Positions 18,122-26,401 are shown, counted from the first letter of the stretch. The stretch: 30,293 bases of DNA from Silvanigrellaceae bacterium (GCA_049423385.1 JBMSQQ010000041.1:1-30293); one strand, 5' to 3'. Notes: generated by a model from the sequence alone, not told the origin. A program made the numbers and translations.

Positions 18122-18799
18122 GTGGGAGTCAATCGCGACAACGAATTCGCTGTTCTGTTTTGCACGCACAAGCGCGGCGCTGGCTTGGCTATTTTTCGCA
18201 TGGACGGAGAATCCGTACGCGACGAGGCTCGAAAGGCCATGTCACGTCTCGCAACTTTTGCTTCGAATCAACCTCAACAGGCAAATCTTCCCCATACATC
18301 CGCATCAACGTTCTATTTCAGGGATGACAAATCTGCCACGCTGTTTGCGACATGTGCGGGATTGACTGCCGAAAATCTTGGTGAGCTTTACAAGTTCTCG
18401 CTGCAATCCCTGGATGTCGAGGAAAGTCATGTTGGCATCGCAGGAGTTGTGATTGGTCCGGGATCATTCACCGGACTTAGGCTCGGCTGTGCGTACGTCA
18501 ATGGCCTTGCCTTGGGGCGGCGTCGCGTTCTTTGGGCGGTTGAAGGGGTTTCGCCTGAAAAGGTTTTGCAAAAGTGTCGCTCAATGCTTCCAATCGAAGC
18601 TGATGATTTTTGCGGTCGGACGTCAACAGAATTGGATGATCCGTTCGCCGTTCCAACGTCGTTCGGTGATCTGCTTGCCCATCTGGAAAATTGGGCGGTT
18701 GGAGCAGCCACTGAAGTATCAATTCTGGAGCCTGTTTATGGCCGGGATCCAACTCCGGTCATCAAGCTCAGACAAAAGCAAGGAGAGTCCCAAGCATGA
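18122..18799 (+). CDS. tsaB: TsaB-like protein (t6A biosynthesis dimerization subunit), divergent
   Basis: GPGSFTGLRLG...VNGLA and C-terminal LEPVYGR. It follows rseP. GTG start with GAGGAGG upstream. The rest is poorly conserved. Confidence 0.65.
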   Translation: MGVNRDNEFAVLFCTHKRGAGLAIFRMDGESVRDEARKAMSRLATFASNQPQQANLPHTSASTFYFRDDKSATLFATCAGLTAENLGELYKFSLQSLDVEESHVGIAGVVIGPGSFTGLRLGCAYVNGLALGRRRVLWAVEGVSPEKVLQKCRSMLPIEADDFCGRTSTELDDPFAVPTSFGDLLAHLENWAVGAATEVSILEPVYGRDPTPVIKLRQKQGESQA

Positions 18800-19704
18800 C
18801 AGGAGGTCTTCCAGGAGTGGGCCAGGTTCACGAACTTTCCACCCGCCGCAGAGGTGTCAAGGCGAGCATTTATCTGTTGCCCAACATGATCACCGCAGCG
18901 TCGCTGTTTTTTGGTTTCCTGGCGATGAAATTTGCCGTCGAGGGACGGATGGCCGAACCGGGAACGCAACATTTTCTTTGGGCAGCCTACGCGATTCTTG
19001 CGGCGGCGGTCTGCGATGGACTCGACGGAAGCGTGGCGCGCCTGACGCGCACCCAGAGTGCTTTTGGTGTGCAGCTCGATTCGTTGTGCGACATGGTTTC
19101 GTTTGGTGTTGCGCCGGCAGTTGTGGTCTACAACTTTGCCCTGCACGGGTCGGCCCGCTTTGGTTTCGCAGCGTGCTTTTTCTACGCCATCTGTGGTGCG
19201 CTCCGTCTCGCGCGCTTCAACGTGCAAAGTTCGGTCGGAAAGGCCAGCGGCAACTTCACGGGAATTCCCATTCCAATGGCAGCGATGCCGTTGTGTGCGT
19301 TCCTGATGTCGCAATATGAATTCAAGGGCTGGACGCTTGCCAACGGTTACTCGGAGTGGGCTGTTCAGCTGGCGGCGAACCTGACCCGTCCGGATGTCCG
19401 CAATCTGTTTTTGATTTTCCTGATGTTTGCGCTGGCGCTCGGCATGATCAGCACGTTTGAATACGTCAGCACAAAGAACATCCGTCTTCCGCGCAAGCGG
19501 CCATTTCGGTTTTTGGCATTTATTCTGATGCTCACTGTGCTGATGTTCACCCTTGAATTCACGGTTACATTGTCGTTGCTGTTGATTTTGTATTGTCTGC
19601 ACGGTCCTGTGATTTGGCTGTTTCTCAAGCGCGATCGCACCGCCGATGAAGAAGAGCTGTTTGTTTCTGGAGACGATGACGAAGAGGAGGAAACCCACAC
19701 ATGA
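18796..19704 (+). CDS. pssA: CDP-diacylglycerol--serine O-phosphatidyltransferase
   Basis: IYLLPNMIT, CDP-alcohol motif DGLDGSVAR.....S.FG.QLDSLCD.VSFGVAPA, ALRLARFNV and FTGIPIP. Confidence 0.92.
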   Translation: MTGGLPGVGQVHELSTRRRGVKASIYLLPNMITAASLFFGFLAMKFAVEGRMAEPGTQHFLWAAYAILAAAVCDGLDGSVARLTRTQSAFGVQLDSLCDMVSFGVAPAVVVYNFALHGSARFGFAACFFYAICGALRLARFNVQSSVGKASGNFTGIPIPMAAMPLCAFLMSQYEFKGWTLANGYSEWAVQLAANLTRPDVRNLFLIFLMFALALGMISTFEYVSTKNIRLPRKRPFRFLAFILMLTVLMFTLEFTVTLSLLLILYCLHGPVIWLFLKRDRTADEEELFVSGDDDEEEETHT

Positions 19705-20780
19705 AACCACTGACCTTGGGAATTGTTGGAGCAACGGGAGTTGTTGGCCAGACTGCGCTCGATATTCTTGGAGACGAATCTCTCGATTTTCCGGTCAAGG
19801 CCGTGCGTGCTTTTGCATCGCCAGCATCTGTCGGGAAACGCTTGTCCTGGGGAAGCAAGTCGATTGTGGTCGAGGCTACCGAGGCCGAATCATTGGCTCA
19901 ATGTGACGCAGTTTTGTTTGCATCCGAGTCCGAAATCTCGCGACGTTTCATTCCTGGTCTGATTGAGCGGGGAATCCTTTGCGTCGACAAATCCTCGGCA
20001 TTCCGCGACGACCCGGCGGTGCCTCTTGTGGTTCCGGAAGTCAACGGAGAACTTTTGGGCAAGAATCACTTGCGGGGCAAGCCACTTGTGGCAAACCCGA
20101 ACTGCTGCACAACACCGTTGGTCATGGTTCTGGATGTCATCCGCAAGAAATACGGACTCAAGCGCGTCATCGTGTCGACGTATCAAAGTGTTTCCGGCGC
20201 AGGAAAGCCTGGTCTGGAAGTTCTCGAGGAAGAGGCTCGCCAGTTTTTCAACTCACAGGATTTGTCGGTGAAGCCTTCGCGTGCATTTCCAAAGTCGATT
20301 GCATTCAACGTCATGCCTTTCGTGGCAAAAATCCTGCCCAACGGTGACACCGACGAAGAAAGCAAGATTATTTTTGAAACCCGAAAAATTCTCGATTTGC
20401 CCGACTTGCCCGTGGAAGCCACCAGCGTGCGCGTTCCGACCTTTGTGGGTCATGCCGAGTCTGTGACGGTGGAAACCGAGCGTCCGGTGAATGTTGCCGA
20501 ACTTGAAAAATTGCTCAATTCGGCAGCGGGCATTGCCGTCGTCGCCAACGAGAATCCCAAGCCGGGCAAGGATTCCGAGGAATCGCCGGATGTGGCTTTC
20601 TTTCCAACTCCACGAGAGTCACAAGGGCGCGATGAGGTTCTCGTGGGCCGGGTCCGGACAGCCAAGGTTTTTGCCAATGGCGTGTCTCTTTGGCTCGTCT
20701 CTGATAACCTCCGTAAGGGTGCAGCGCTCAATGCCCTCCAGGTTGTGGAGGCATGTGCCAAGGACGGTTTTTTCAACTGA
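19701..20780 (+). CDS. asd: Aspartate-semialdehyde dehydrogenase
   Basis: Motifs GATGVVG, D.SSAFR, VPLVVPEVN, ANPNC, STYQSVSGAG, RVPTFVGHAES and DNLRKGAALNA. Confidence 0.95.
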   Translation: MKPLTLGIVGATGVVGQTALDILGDESLDFPVKAVRAFASPASVGKRLSWGSKSIVVEATEAESLAQCDAVLFASESEISRRFIPGLIERGILCVDKSSAFRDDPAVPLVVPEVNGELLGKNHLRGKPLVANPNCCTTPLVMVLDVIRKKYGLKRVIVSTYQSVSGAGKPGLEVLEEEARQFFNSQDLSVKPSRAFPKSIAFNVMPFVAKILPNGDTDEESKIIFETRKILDLPDLPVEATSVRVPTFVGHAESVTVETERPVNVAELEKLLNSAAGIAVVANENPKPGKDSEESPDVAFFPTPRESQGRDEVLVGRVRTAKVFANGVSLWLVSDNLRKGAALNALQVVEACAKDGFFN

Positions 20781-20858
20781 ACCGGAGTTGATGAAACACA
20801 GACCTGCCACGTGTCCTCGAGCGCTTGCAGACAGAAAACCTTCGAAGGAGAAGTTTGA

Positions 20859-23099
20859 ATGTTGATGCAGCCAAGCAAAACTGTTCGGGTGGTGGCAAGC
20901 GTGAGCCTTCTGGCACTCGCAGCCTGTGGTCGACCAGAAGATCAATCCTCGCCAGACTTGGAACAAATGCCGATGGCATCCCGGTCTGAGCAAGGGTTGG
21001 CGTTTTTTGCAGACACATCCAGCATTCAGGATGTCAGCTTGAAGGACAAGGACGGGTCGGCGACTGTTGTCACGCCATCCTATTTGCCGAAAGCGGGTCA
21101 ATCCGCGGTTGAGTTGACCGTCGTTTTTTACCCCAAGCTTTCCGTCCCGGCGCAATCAAAATTTGTTTACGACAAATCAAAATGGACCATCGTCGTTGGA
21201 AAAAACACTCAATACGTGACCGGCGTCGACGTTCTGGAAATCCAGGAAGACGGAAATTTCTCGGCGGGTGAAGTGCGCGAAGGGCAAATCAAGATGCGCA
21301 TTCGCCTGACAACACTTCCGCAGTGGCCAGACAAACTCACCAACGATGCTGCTCTTGATTTGGTGGATGGGCGAAAGGCTCTCAAAATTCAGCCCTACTA
21401 CAGCCTGGAAGGTGCAGTTCCTCCCGGCAATGCGGGGACGATTCAAGGTCTTTCGGCGGCCTACATGAAGGACGACATCGGCGCGATTGTGGGCTCTTCA
21501 AAAATTGGTTCGACCGTTGTCAGCGATGGCGCATTTTCGTTTGACTTCTCTCCACCCGACGACACTACAGCCGCAGACACGTCCACCGGTTCGATCACCT
21601 CGGTCGGCAAGTCCAACGTCTCGGGTTTTATTGTCGTGTATTGGAAAGATTCCGAATGCAAGGCCGGCGGCTGGACGTTCAAGCCCAACAAGATTTTCGA
21701 TAAAACCAAAGCCAATGGTGATCTCGCCTGCACCTATCCAGGAATCGACGAAGCGGTTGCCGGTTCAACATCTTGTTCTCTGGGCTGCACCACGGATGCA
21801 GTTGACGACTTTTTTGGAAAGACGGCGAACGACATCGCCATCCCCCCGGAATTTCCGGCGTCCAACGGAACTGCAAATGCGATCAAGCGGGGCTGCCTGA
21901 ACATCGTTCGGGTGGCATCCGATGGACGCACCAGCTATGCGGTCAACGACGCAATCAACGGTGAAAATTACGGGATGATGGTTTATCCGCTCGACTCCGC
22001 TGGAAACATCGGCATGTCTCGATCGCGTTGCCTCAAGGCCAAGTCGTTTGACGTGGTCTTTCCGAGCAGCAAAAAATCACCCGACCTTGGCAAGTCGAAA
22101 AGCGACTGTTTTGTTGTGACGGCAGCCTCGGGTTCGACACAGAGTCCGGCTGTGCACTACTGGCGTGTTCTGCGCGACACATGGCTGGACCGACTGGGAG
22201 TGAGTGCGTTCTACTACAAGCACGGACCCAAATGGGCTGCATGGCTGGAATCAAATCCCCGCTTCAAACCTACGTTCAATTCGTTTTTTGAATGGAGCGG
22301 TCGCAACCTGGTCAAAGTTTCGCAGGAATGGAATCGCTTCCGCGATGGTGTTCAAGATCATCTGAAACGCTTCACTTCGATGTTGAGCCAGGCAATCGTG
22401 TCGGAAGCGCGTGCAGACGATGCGCCTGCACCGGGTGAAATTATTGGTTTGAAGCATCCGAATGGTTCTGCAGCCACCACTCTGACAATTGCGGGTGGCC
22501 AAATTCGTCCCTCCGAGGACAAGGAACTTTACGATCTTTCCTACAAGGATAAAAAACCTGCATTTTTGTTTGTCGCCCAGTCGTTCCGCTTGTTCGATTT
22601 TTGGGGTGAGTTGGGTCTTGGTTACGAGTTTGGTGGTGTCAGCATGGAAGGCACCAGTGCCGACGCCAACAAGGCAAAAATTTCGCTCTCCGGTTACGGT
22701 GCGGGGATTCTTGGCGAATACCGTTTGCGGATTGGCGAGTATCCATGGGTTTCGCCACGCTTCAGCTACGTTTTCGGCAAGATGCGCATGCGCGAGGAAG
22801 CGGCTGCTGTGGCTTCCGAGACAACCTCGACACAAAGCGGTTCATCCGGCGGTGGTTCGTCAAGTGAGATCTCACCGAGCGGAACCACGCCAGTCTGGCA
22901 AACCTATACAACTTTGCGTGGAAGTCTCGATCTGTCGATCACGCGTTTGTATGGCGATGATGAAAACCTCATCCGCTACGGTTACGAAGTGGAAGACATG
23001 ATGCTGACCCTGTTTGCCGGCCTGCACACCAACAACGGCAAGGTGATTTCAACCTCCGGACTTCAACTCGGCGGCGGGATCTCGTTCCTGTTCAAGTGA
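20859..23099 (+). CDS. Lipoprotein with FN3-like region, internal CFI-box domain and probable C-terminal outer-membrane beta-barrel
   Basis: Lipobox LAAC (Cys23). FN3-like SYAVNDAINGENYGMMVYPLDSAGNIG. CFVVTAASG...WRVLRD...FYYKHGP..A.W.....P. Alternating beta-strands ending GGGISFLFK. AAGGAG RBS. Confidence 0.7.
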   Translation: MLMQPSKTVRVVASVSLLALAACGRPEDQSSPDLEQMPMASRSEQGLAFFADTSSIQDVSLKDKDGSATVVTPSYLPKAGQSAVELTVVFYPKLSVPAQSKFVYDKSKWTIVVGKNTQYVTGVDVLEIQEDGNFSAGEVREGQIKMRIRLTTLPQWPDKLTNDAALDLVDGRKALKIQPYYSLEGAVPPGNAGTIQGLSAAYMKDDIGAIVGSSKIGSTVVSDGAFSFDFSPPDDTTAADTSTGSITSVGKSNVSGFIVVYWKDSECKAGGWTFKPNKIFDKTKANGDLACTYPGIDEAVAGSTSCSLGCTTDAVDDFFGKTANDIAIPPEFPASNGTANAIKRGCLNIVRVASDGRTSYAVNDAINGENYGMMVYPLDSAGNIGMSRSRCLKAKSFDVVFPSSKKSPDLGKSKSDCFVVTAASGSTQSPAVHYWRVLRDTWLDRLGVSAFYYKHGPKWAAWLESNPRFKPTFNSFFEWSGRNLVKVSQEWNRFRDGVQDHLKRFTSMLSQAIVSEARADDAPAPGEIIGLKHPNGSAATTLTIAGGQIRPSEDKELYDLSYKDKKPAFLFVAQSFRLFDFWGELGLGYEFGGVSMEGTSADANKAKISLSGYGAGILGEYRLRIGEYPWVSPRFSYVFGKMRMREEAAAVASETTSTQSGSSGGGSSSEISPSGTTPVWQTYTTLRGSLDLSITRLYGDDENLIRYGYEVEDMMLTLFAGLHTNNGKVISTSGLQLGGGISFLFK

Positions 23100-23105
23100 A
23101 GTTTT

Positions 23106-23372
23106 TCAGGCAGCGCCGCCACCACGGGCGAACGCGATGCGGTCGCGTTCATTGACGATATAGGGCTTCATCAGCTGCATCAGCTTGTTGTTCATCCGGG
23201 TCGTGGAATAGCCCGATGATTTGAGAAATTTCAATTCCTTGATGATTTCTTCCATCTGCCAGAGCACTTCGACCGGAATCAGTATTTCGATGTCGGTCAC
23301 TCCTGCCTCCGGACTGCTCGCTTCCGTTCTCAGCTCAGGGATTTTCGAAAGTGTCAGAAAGCGGTGCAGCAT
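23106..23372 (-). CDS. Small hypothetical protein (88 aa)
   Basis: Strong GGAGGAGG RBS before ATG 23372. It fills the gap between neighbours and has its own sigma28-like motif upstream. Confidence 0.65.
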   Translation of the reverse strand: MLHRFLTLSKIPELRTEASSPEAGVTDIEILIPVEVLWQMEEIIKELKFLKSSGYSTTRMNNKLMQLMKPYIVNERDRIAFARGGGAA

Positions 23373-23400
23373 CAGACCTCCTCCGCCTGTGTTACCTTCT

Positions 23401-23427
23401 CGATCGGACCTTTTTCGGAAGACCTGA
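23401..23427 (-). promoter_or_regulatory. sigma28/FliA-like promoter for the 88-aa gene
   Basis: Minus strand TCAG-N15-TCCGATCG, 28 nt upstream of ATG 23372. Confidence 0.45.
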
Positions 23428-23468
23428 GTTTTCGGACTTTAAAATATTCAAAACAGGGAGACTTTCTC

Positions 23469-24638
23469 TTGAACTTCAAGCGATTTGCTGAAAGTGGCGG
23501 GTTCAAGTTGTTGGCGGTGGCGCGCTTTTCCGGCCCAGCTTATGCGCTGATCAGCTATTTGCTCAACGGACTTGCGGCGCGGGTGGAAGAGGTTGTGACT
23601 TCTCCTGGTGAACTTGCCCTGATTCTGGGGGGCAGTGAGCGGCAAGTGAAGGCCGCACTCGCCGAGCTTGCCGAGTCTGGTGTTGTCCAGGTCAGCGAAC
23701 GCAATGGTTCAACCTGCCTGTTGAGAATGAATCTGGATACTGCGCATTGGCGCAAATTGGCAAAGTCACCCGAAACCAAAACCCGACGTGGGCTTGGTGA
23801 TGCCAAGAACGTTCGCACGCTCCATCCGCAGCCACCGGTGCCGGATGGTTCCTTTCCGGTTGACACGGACAAGATGCCTGCAGGCCAGTCGCCTTCGAAA
23901 GGCAAGGGCAAAAAGAAGGCCGTGGCCGAGCAGGATGGTTTGTCTGCTCACGAGGCTCTGGTTTTTCCGGCCCGCAGCAAGACTCAAAAACCCAATCTCC
24001 AGATCGCGGAAAATCCGCACCTCGTGTCGATTGAAGGTGGTCGAAACGGCAGTCGTGGTTCTGCGGATGCTGGCAAGGGAGGTCCACGTTCGGGCACACA
24101 TCCCGAAGACATTCCGGGCACCGTTGAGCATGAATCGCAGCGCATCCTCGAAGCCTTTTTAAAATTGAGAAGCAGTGAATCCGAATTCGATCGGGAACGC
24201 GAGCTCGACTACGCGCGACTGCTGGCGGAATCGCATCCCACAGAACACGTGCTGCAGCTCATCACTCATTTTGGCAAGGAAGTTCCGTCGCTGGCATTGC
24301 TTGCTGGTGCATGGATGCACTACTCCGACACGTTCCACAAACATCAAAACGAGCAGGTGGATCTGGAAAGTTATCGCCAGCGGCACATGTCGGCAGAGAA
24401 ACGCATCCGCACCCTTGCCAACACCGAGCTCAAAAAAGCGCAAGCGAACAAATCGATTCTCAGCGCAGACGAGCAGTTGCTGCTGCGGATTTTTTTGCGA
24501 CATGAGCAGCCACGTCGGCAGCTCTACTGGGCATTGAAGGTACGCGAGCGATATCCGCATCTGCATGACTTTTTTGCGGTCACGGCAGACCTGGCCTTGC
24601 CACCGAATCATCACGAAGGCCCACACCGCAAGGGTTGA
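23469..24638 (+). CDS. Hypothetical protein with N-terminal winged helix-turn-helix, disordered linker and helical C-terminal domain
   Basis: TSPGELALILGGSERQVKAALAELAESGVVQV fits a wHTH pattern. TTG 23469 follows AGGGAG; the ORF track starts at 23364, overlapping the divergent gene. Confidence 0.7.
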   Translation: MNFKRFAESGGFKLLAVARFSGPAYALISYLLNGLAARVEEVVTSPGELALILGGSERQVKAALAELAESGVVQVSERNGSTCLLRMNLDTAHWRKLAKSPETKTRRGLGDAKNVRTLHPQPPVPDGSFPVDTDKMPAGQSPSKGKGKKKAVAEQDGLSAHEALVFPARSKTQKPNLQIAENPHLVSIEGGRNGSRGSADAGKGGPRSGTHPEDIPGTVEHESQRILEAFLKLRSSESEFDRERELDYARLLAESHPTEHVLQLITHFGKEVPSLALLAGAWMHYSDTFHKHQNEQVDLESYRQRHMSAEKRIRTLANTELKKAQANKSILSADEQLLLRIFLRHEQPRRQLYWALKVRERYPHLHDFFAVTADLALPPNHHEGPHRKG

Positions 24639-24705
24639 TATCAATCAACCCAAGCCTTTTCATGGTTGTGCGACGTTCATTGAAAAAACTCAGTTTCAGA
24701 ACGTT

Positions 24706-26244
24706 TCAAGGAGCGCAGGTCAGCTCGTCTGGCCGCCGCTCAGCAAGGTAACGCGCCTGTACCCATCGCACCTGCACGCTGCCATCTGCGGAATACAACG
24801 TGACGTACATCATCAGTTCGCCATTGATATTGAGCTGGGTGAGATGTCGATAGGCGAGTTGTCCATTGGGCGCCGAATCAACAGGATCGCTGTTGACTGT
24901 TGAAAGGAACGTGGGGGCTCCGGTGTCGGGCGCGCCGGCAATTTTCATGTATTCACAAAGACGTGTTTTCACCACTGGACTGCTGTTGGTTGAAGAACCG
25001 TCGCCCGTGGGAGCAGAATTTTCGCCACCGCTGGCGGGTGCCGCTGTCGCTGCTGCTGTCGCAATGGGAGCGGGTGCCGATGTGTCGGGTGGTGGCAATT
25101 GCGGCGCTGGCGGAGGTGTTTGTTGAGCCGGTGCGGATTGGGGTTGGCTCGATGATGCGCCCGGAAGTTCGTTGCGGATTCGGGTACCGAACGCTGCTGA
25201 AATTTTTTCAACATCGGCATTTTTACTGGCCTTCAAGTCCGAAAGAAGCGAATTGAAGTCAAAGATTGCCGATTCCATGCCGAGCGAACGAGCAAGTTTG
25301 ATGAGCCGACCAAGGCCATCCAGGGTCCAACGTTCGGTGGATGGGCCAGAATATAAAGCAACACCAACGGCTCCGTACCCACGTTCGGCTTTTGCTTCAT
25401 TCATGAATTGATCGGTCTTGTTCTCGGCCACGTGATAAAGCTGTGGATAAACCCAGTCGACGACCCCACTGTTGAGCCACTGTTGCCAATCAATGCTGAA
25501 GGTTTGCAGTGAGTTCAGGCGTCGTTGCGAGCTGAGCGAGACTCTTGCACCTGCAGAACGCGCAGGCTGCATGACTTTCTTGGCGAAAGCAGTGAATGCG
25601 ACCGGTCCCTTGATCGCCGTGGCCGGGCCATATTTTGTATGGGGAGCAAAGTTGTCGCAAATGTGGATTTCGCGCGCACCATATTTGCTGACCACTTCTT
25701 TCATCAGTGCGGCATAAAAGTCGTCGAAATCGCCTTTGTATGGATTGATGCGAATCGACGGAACGGTATGGAACGACTCTTCAAATCCAGCCCAACCGCG
25801 GCTTTTGTTCCTGTTCCACAGGGCCGATTTCACCGGCACGATGTTGCCCCACTCAAACCACGGAACGACTTCCACGTTGTAACTTTTTCCATATCGGATG
25901 AGTTCCGCGAGTGGATCACCTTCCGATTCGGCGCAGACCTCGGGCCCACCATAGGCTTTCATCACGTTCGATTTGAAGAGTGTGCAGCCACGCGACCAGA
26001 CATCCACAAAAACACGTTTGAGACCTATGCGTGAGGCCATCGACATCACATGCTTCCTACCTGTGGTGGTGTCGAGATATCCATGTTCGCGAGTGACAAA
26101 TCCCGTCACAATACTACTTTTGGATGATGCGGCTTCTGTTTCCGATTCCGTGGTTTGTTGCTTCTTGCATGCCTCGAGACCCAAAAAAGCGGTCATCACA
26201 AACAAGCCCAGGGATGCTTTGCTGATCAGTCGTTTGCGAGCCAT
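24706..26244 (-). CDS. GHL10 (DUF187/YddW-like) glycoside hydrolase lipoprotein with C-terminal SH3b-like domain
   Basis: Lipobox LEAC. VFVDVWSRG.T.F.S, DPLAELI, VVPWFEWG and DWQQWLNSG.VDWVYPQLY are GHL10-type motifs. Pro/Ala/Gln linker, then RWVQARYL at the end of a small beta domain. Confidence 0.72.
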   Translation of the reverse strand: MARKRLISKASLGLFVMTAFLGLEACKKQQTTESETEAASSKSSIVTGFVTREHGYLDTTTGRKHVMSMASRIGLKRVFVDVWSRGCTLFKSNVMKAYGGPEVCAESEGDPLAELIRYGKSYNVEVVPWFEWGNIVPVKSALWNRNKSRGWAGFEESFHTVPSIRINPYKGDFDDFYAALMKEVVSKYGAREIHICDNFAPHTKYGPATAIKGPVAFTAFAKKVMQPARSAGARVSLSSQRRLNSLQTFSIDWQQWLNSGVVDWVYPQLYHVAENKTDQFMNEAKAERGYGAVGVALYSGPSTERWTLDGLGRLIKLARSLGMESAIFDFNSLLSDLKASKNADVEKISAAFGTRIRNELPGASSSQPQSAPAQQTPPPAPQLPPPDTSAPAPIATAAATAAPASGGENSAPTGDGSSTNSSPVVKTRLCEYMKIAGAPDTGAPTFLSTVNSDPVDSAPNGQLAYRHLTQLNINGELMMYVTLYSADGSVQVRWVQARYLAERRPDELTCAP

Positions 26245-26266
26245 CTTTCCGACCTCCGGTGTCGAG

Positions 26267-26294
26267 CTTTCGGAGTTGAGCTTGATTTTCTTTA
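26267..26294 (-). promoter_or_regulatory. sigma28/FliA-like promoter for the GHL10 gene
   Basis: Minus strand TAAA-N16-TCCGAAAG, 22 nt upstream of ATG 26244, preceded by A-tracts. Confidence 0.5.
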
Positions 26295-26347
26295 AAGTTT
26301 TTTATTTTTTGTTCGTGATCTTGGTTATTTGGAGATTGATTGATTGT

Positions 26348-26374
26348 TCAAGTTTGGCGAAATTATGCCGATAA
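26348..26374 (+). promoter_or_regulatory. sigma28/FliA promoter, near-consensus
   Basis: TCAAGTTT-N11-GCCGATAA, one mismatch from TAAAGTTT-N11-GCCGATAA, 27 nt upstream of ATG 26402. Confidence 0.75.
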
Positions 26375-26401
26375 CTCCATAGATTTTCACGGGAGTTGAA
26401 C

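Noticed and set aside
18736..19734. 332-aa minus-strand ORF (similarly 9687-10574, 396-1220, 14585-15421, 8989-9672 and 18453-19319)
   Set aside because: These overlap well-supported genes in antisense or alternative frames and have no recognisable domains.
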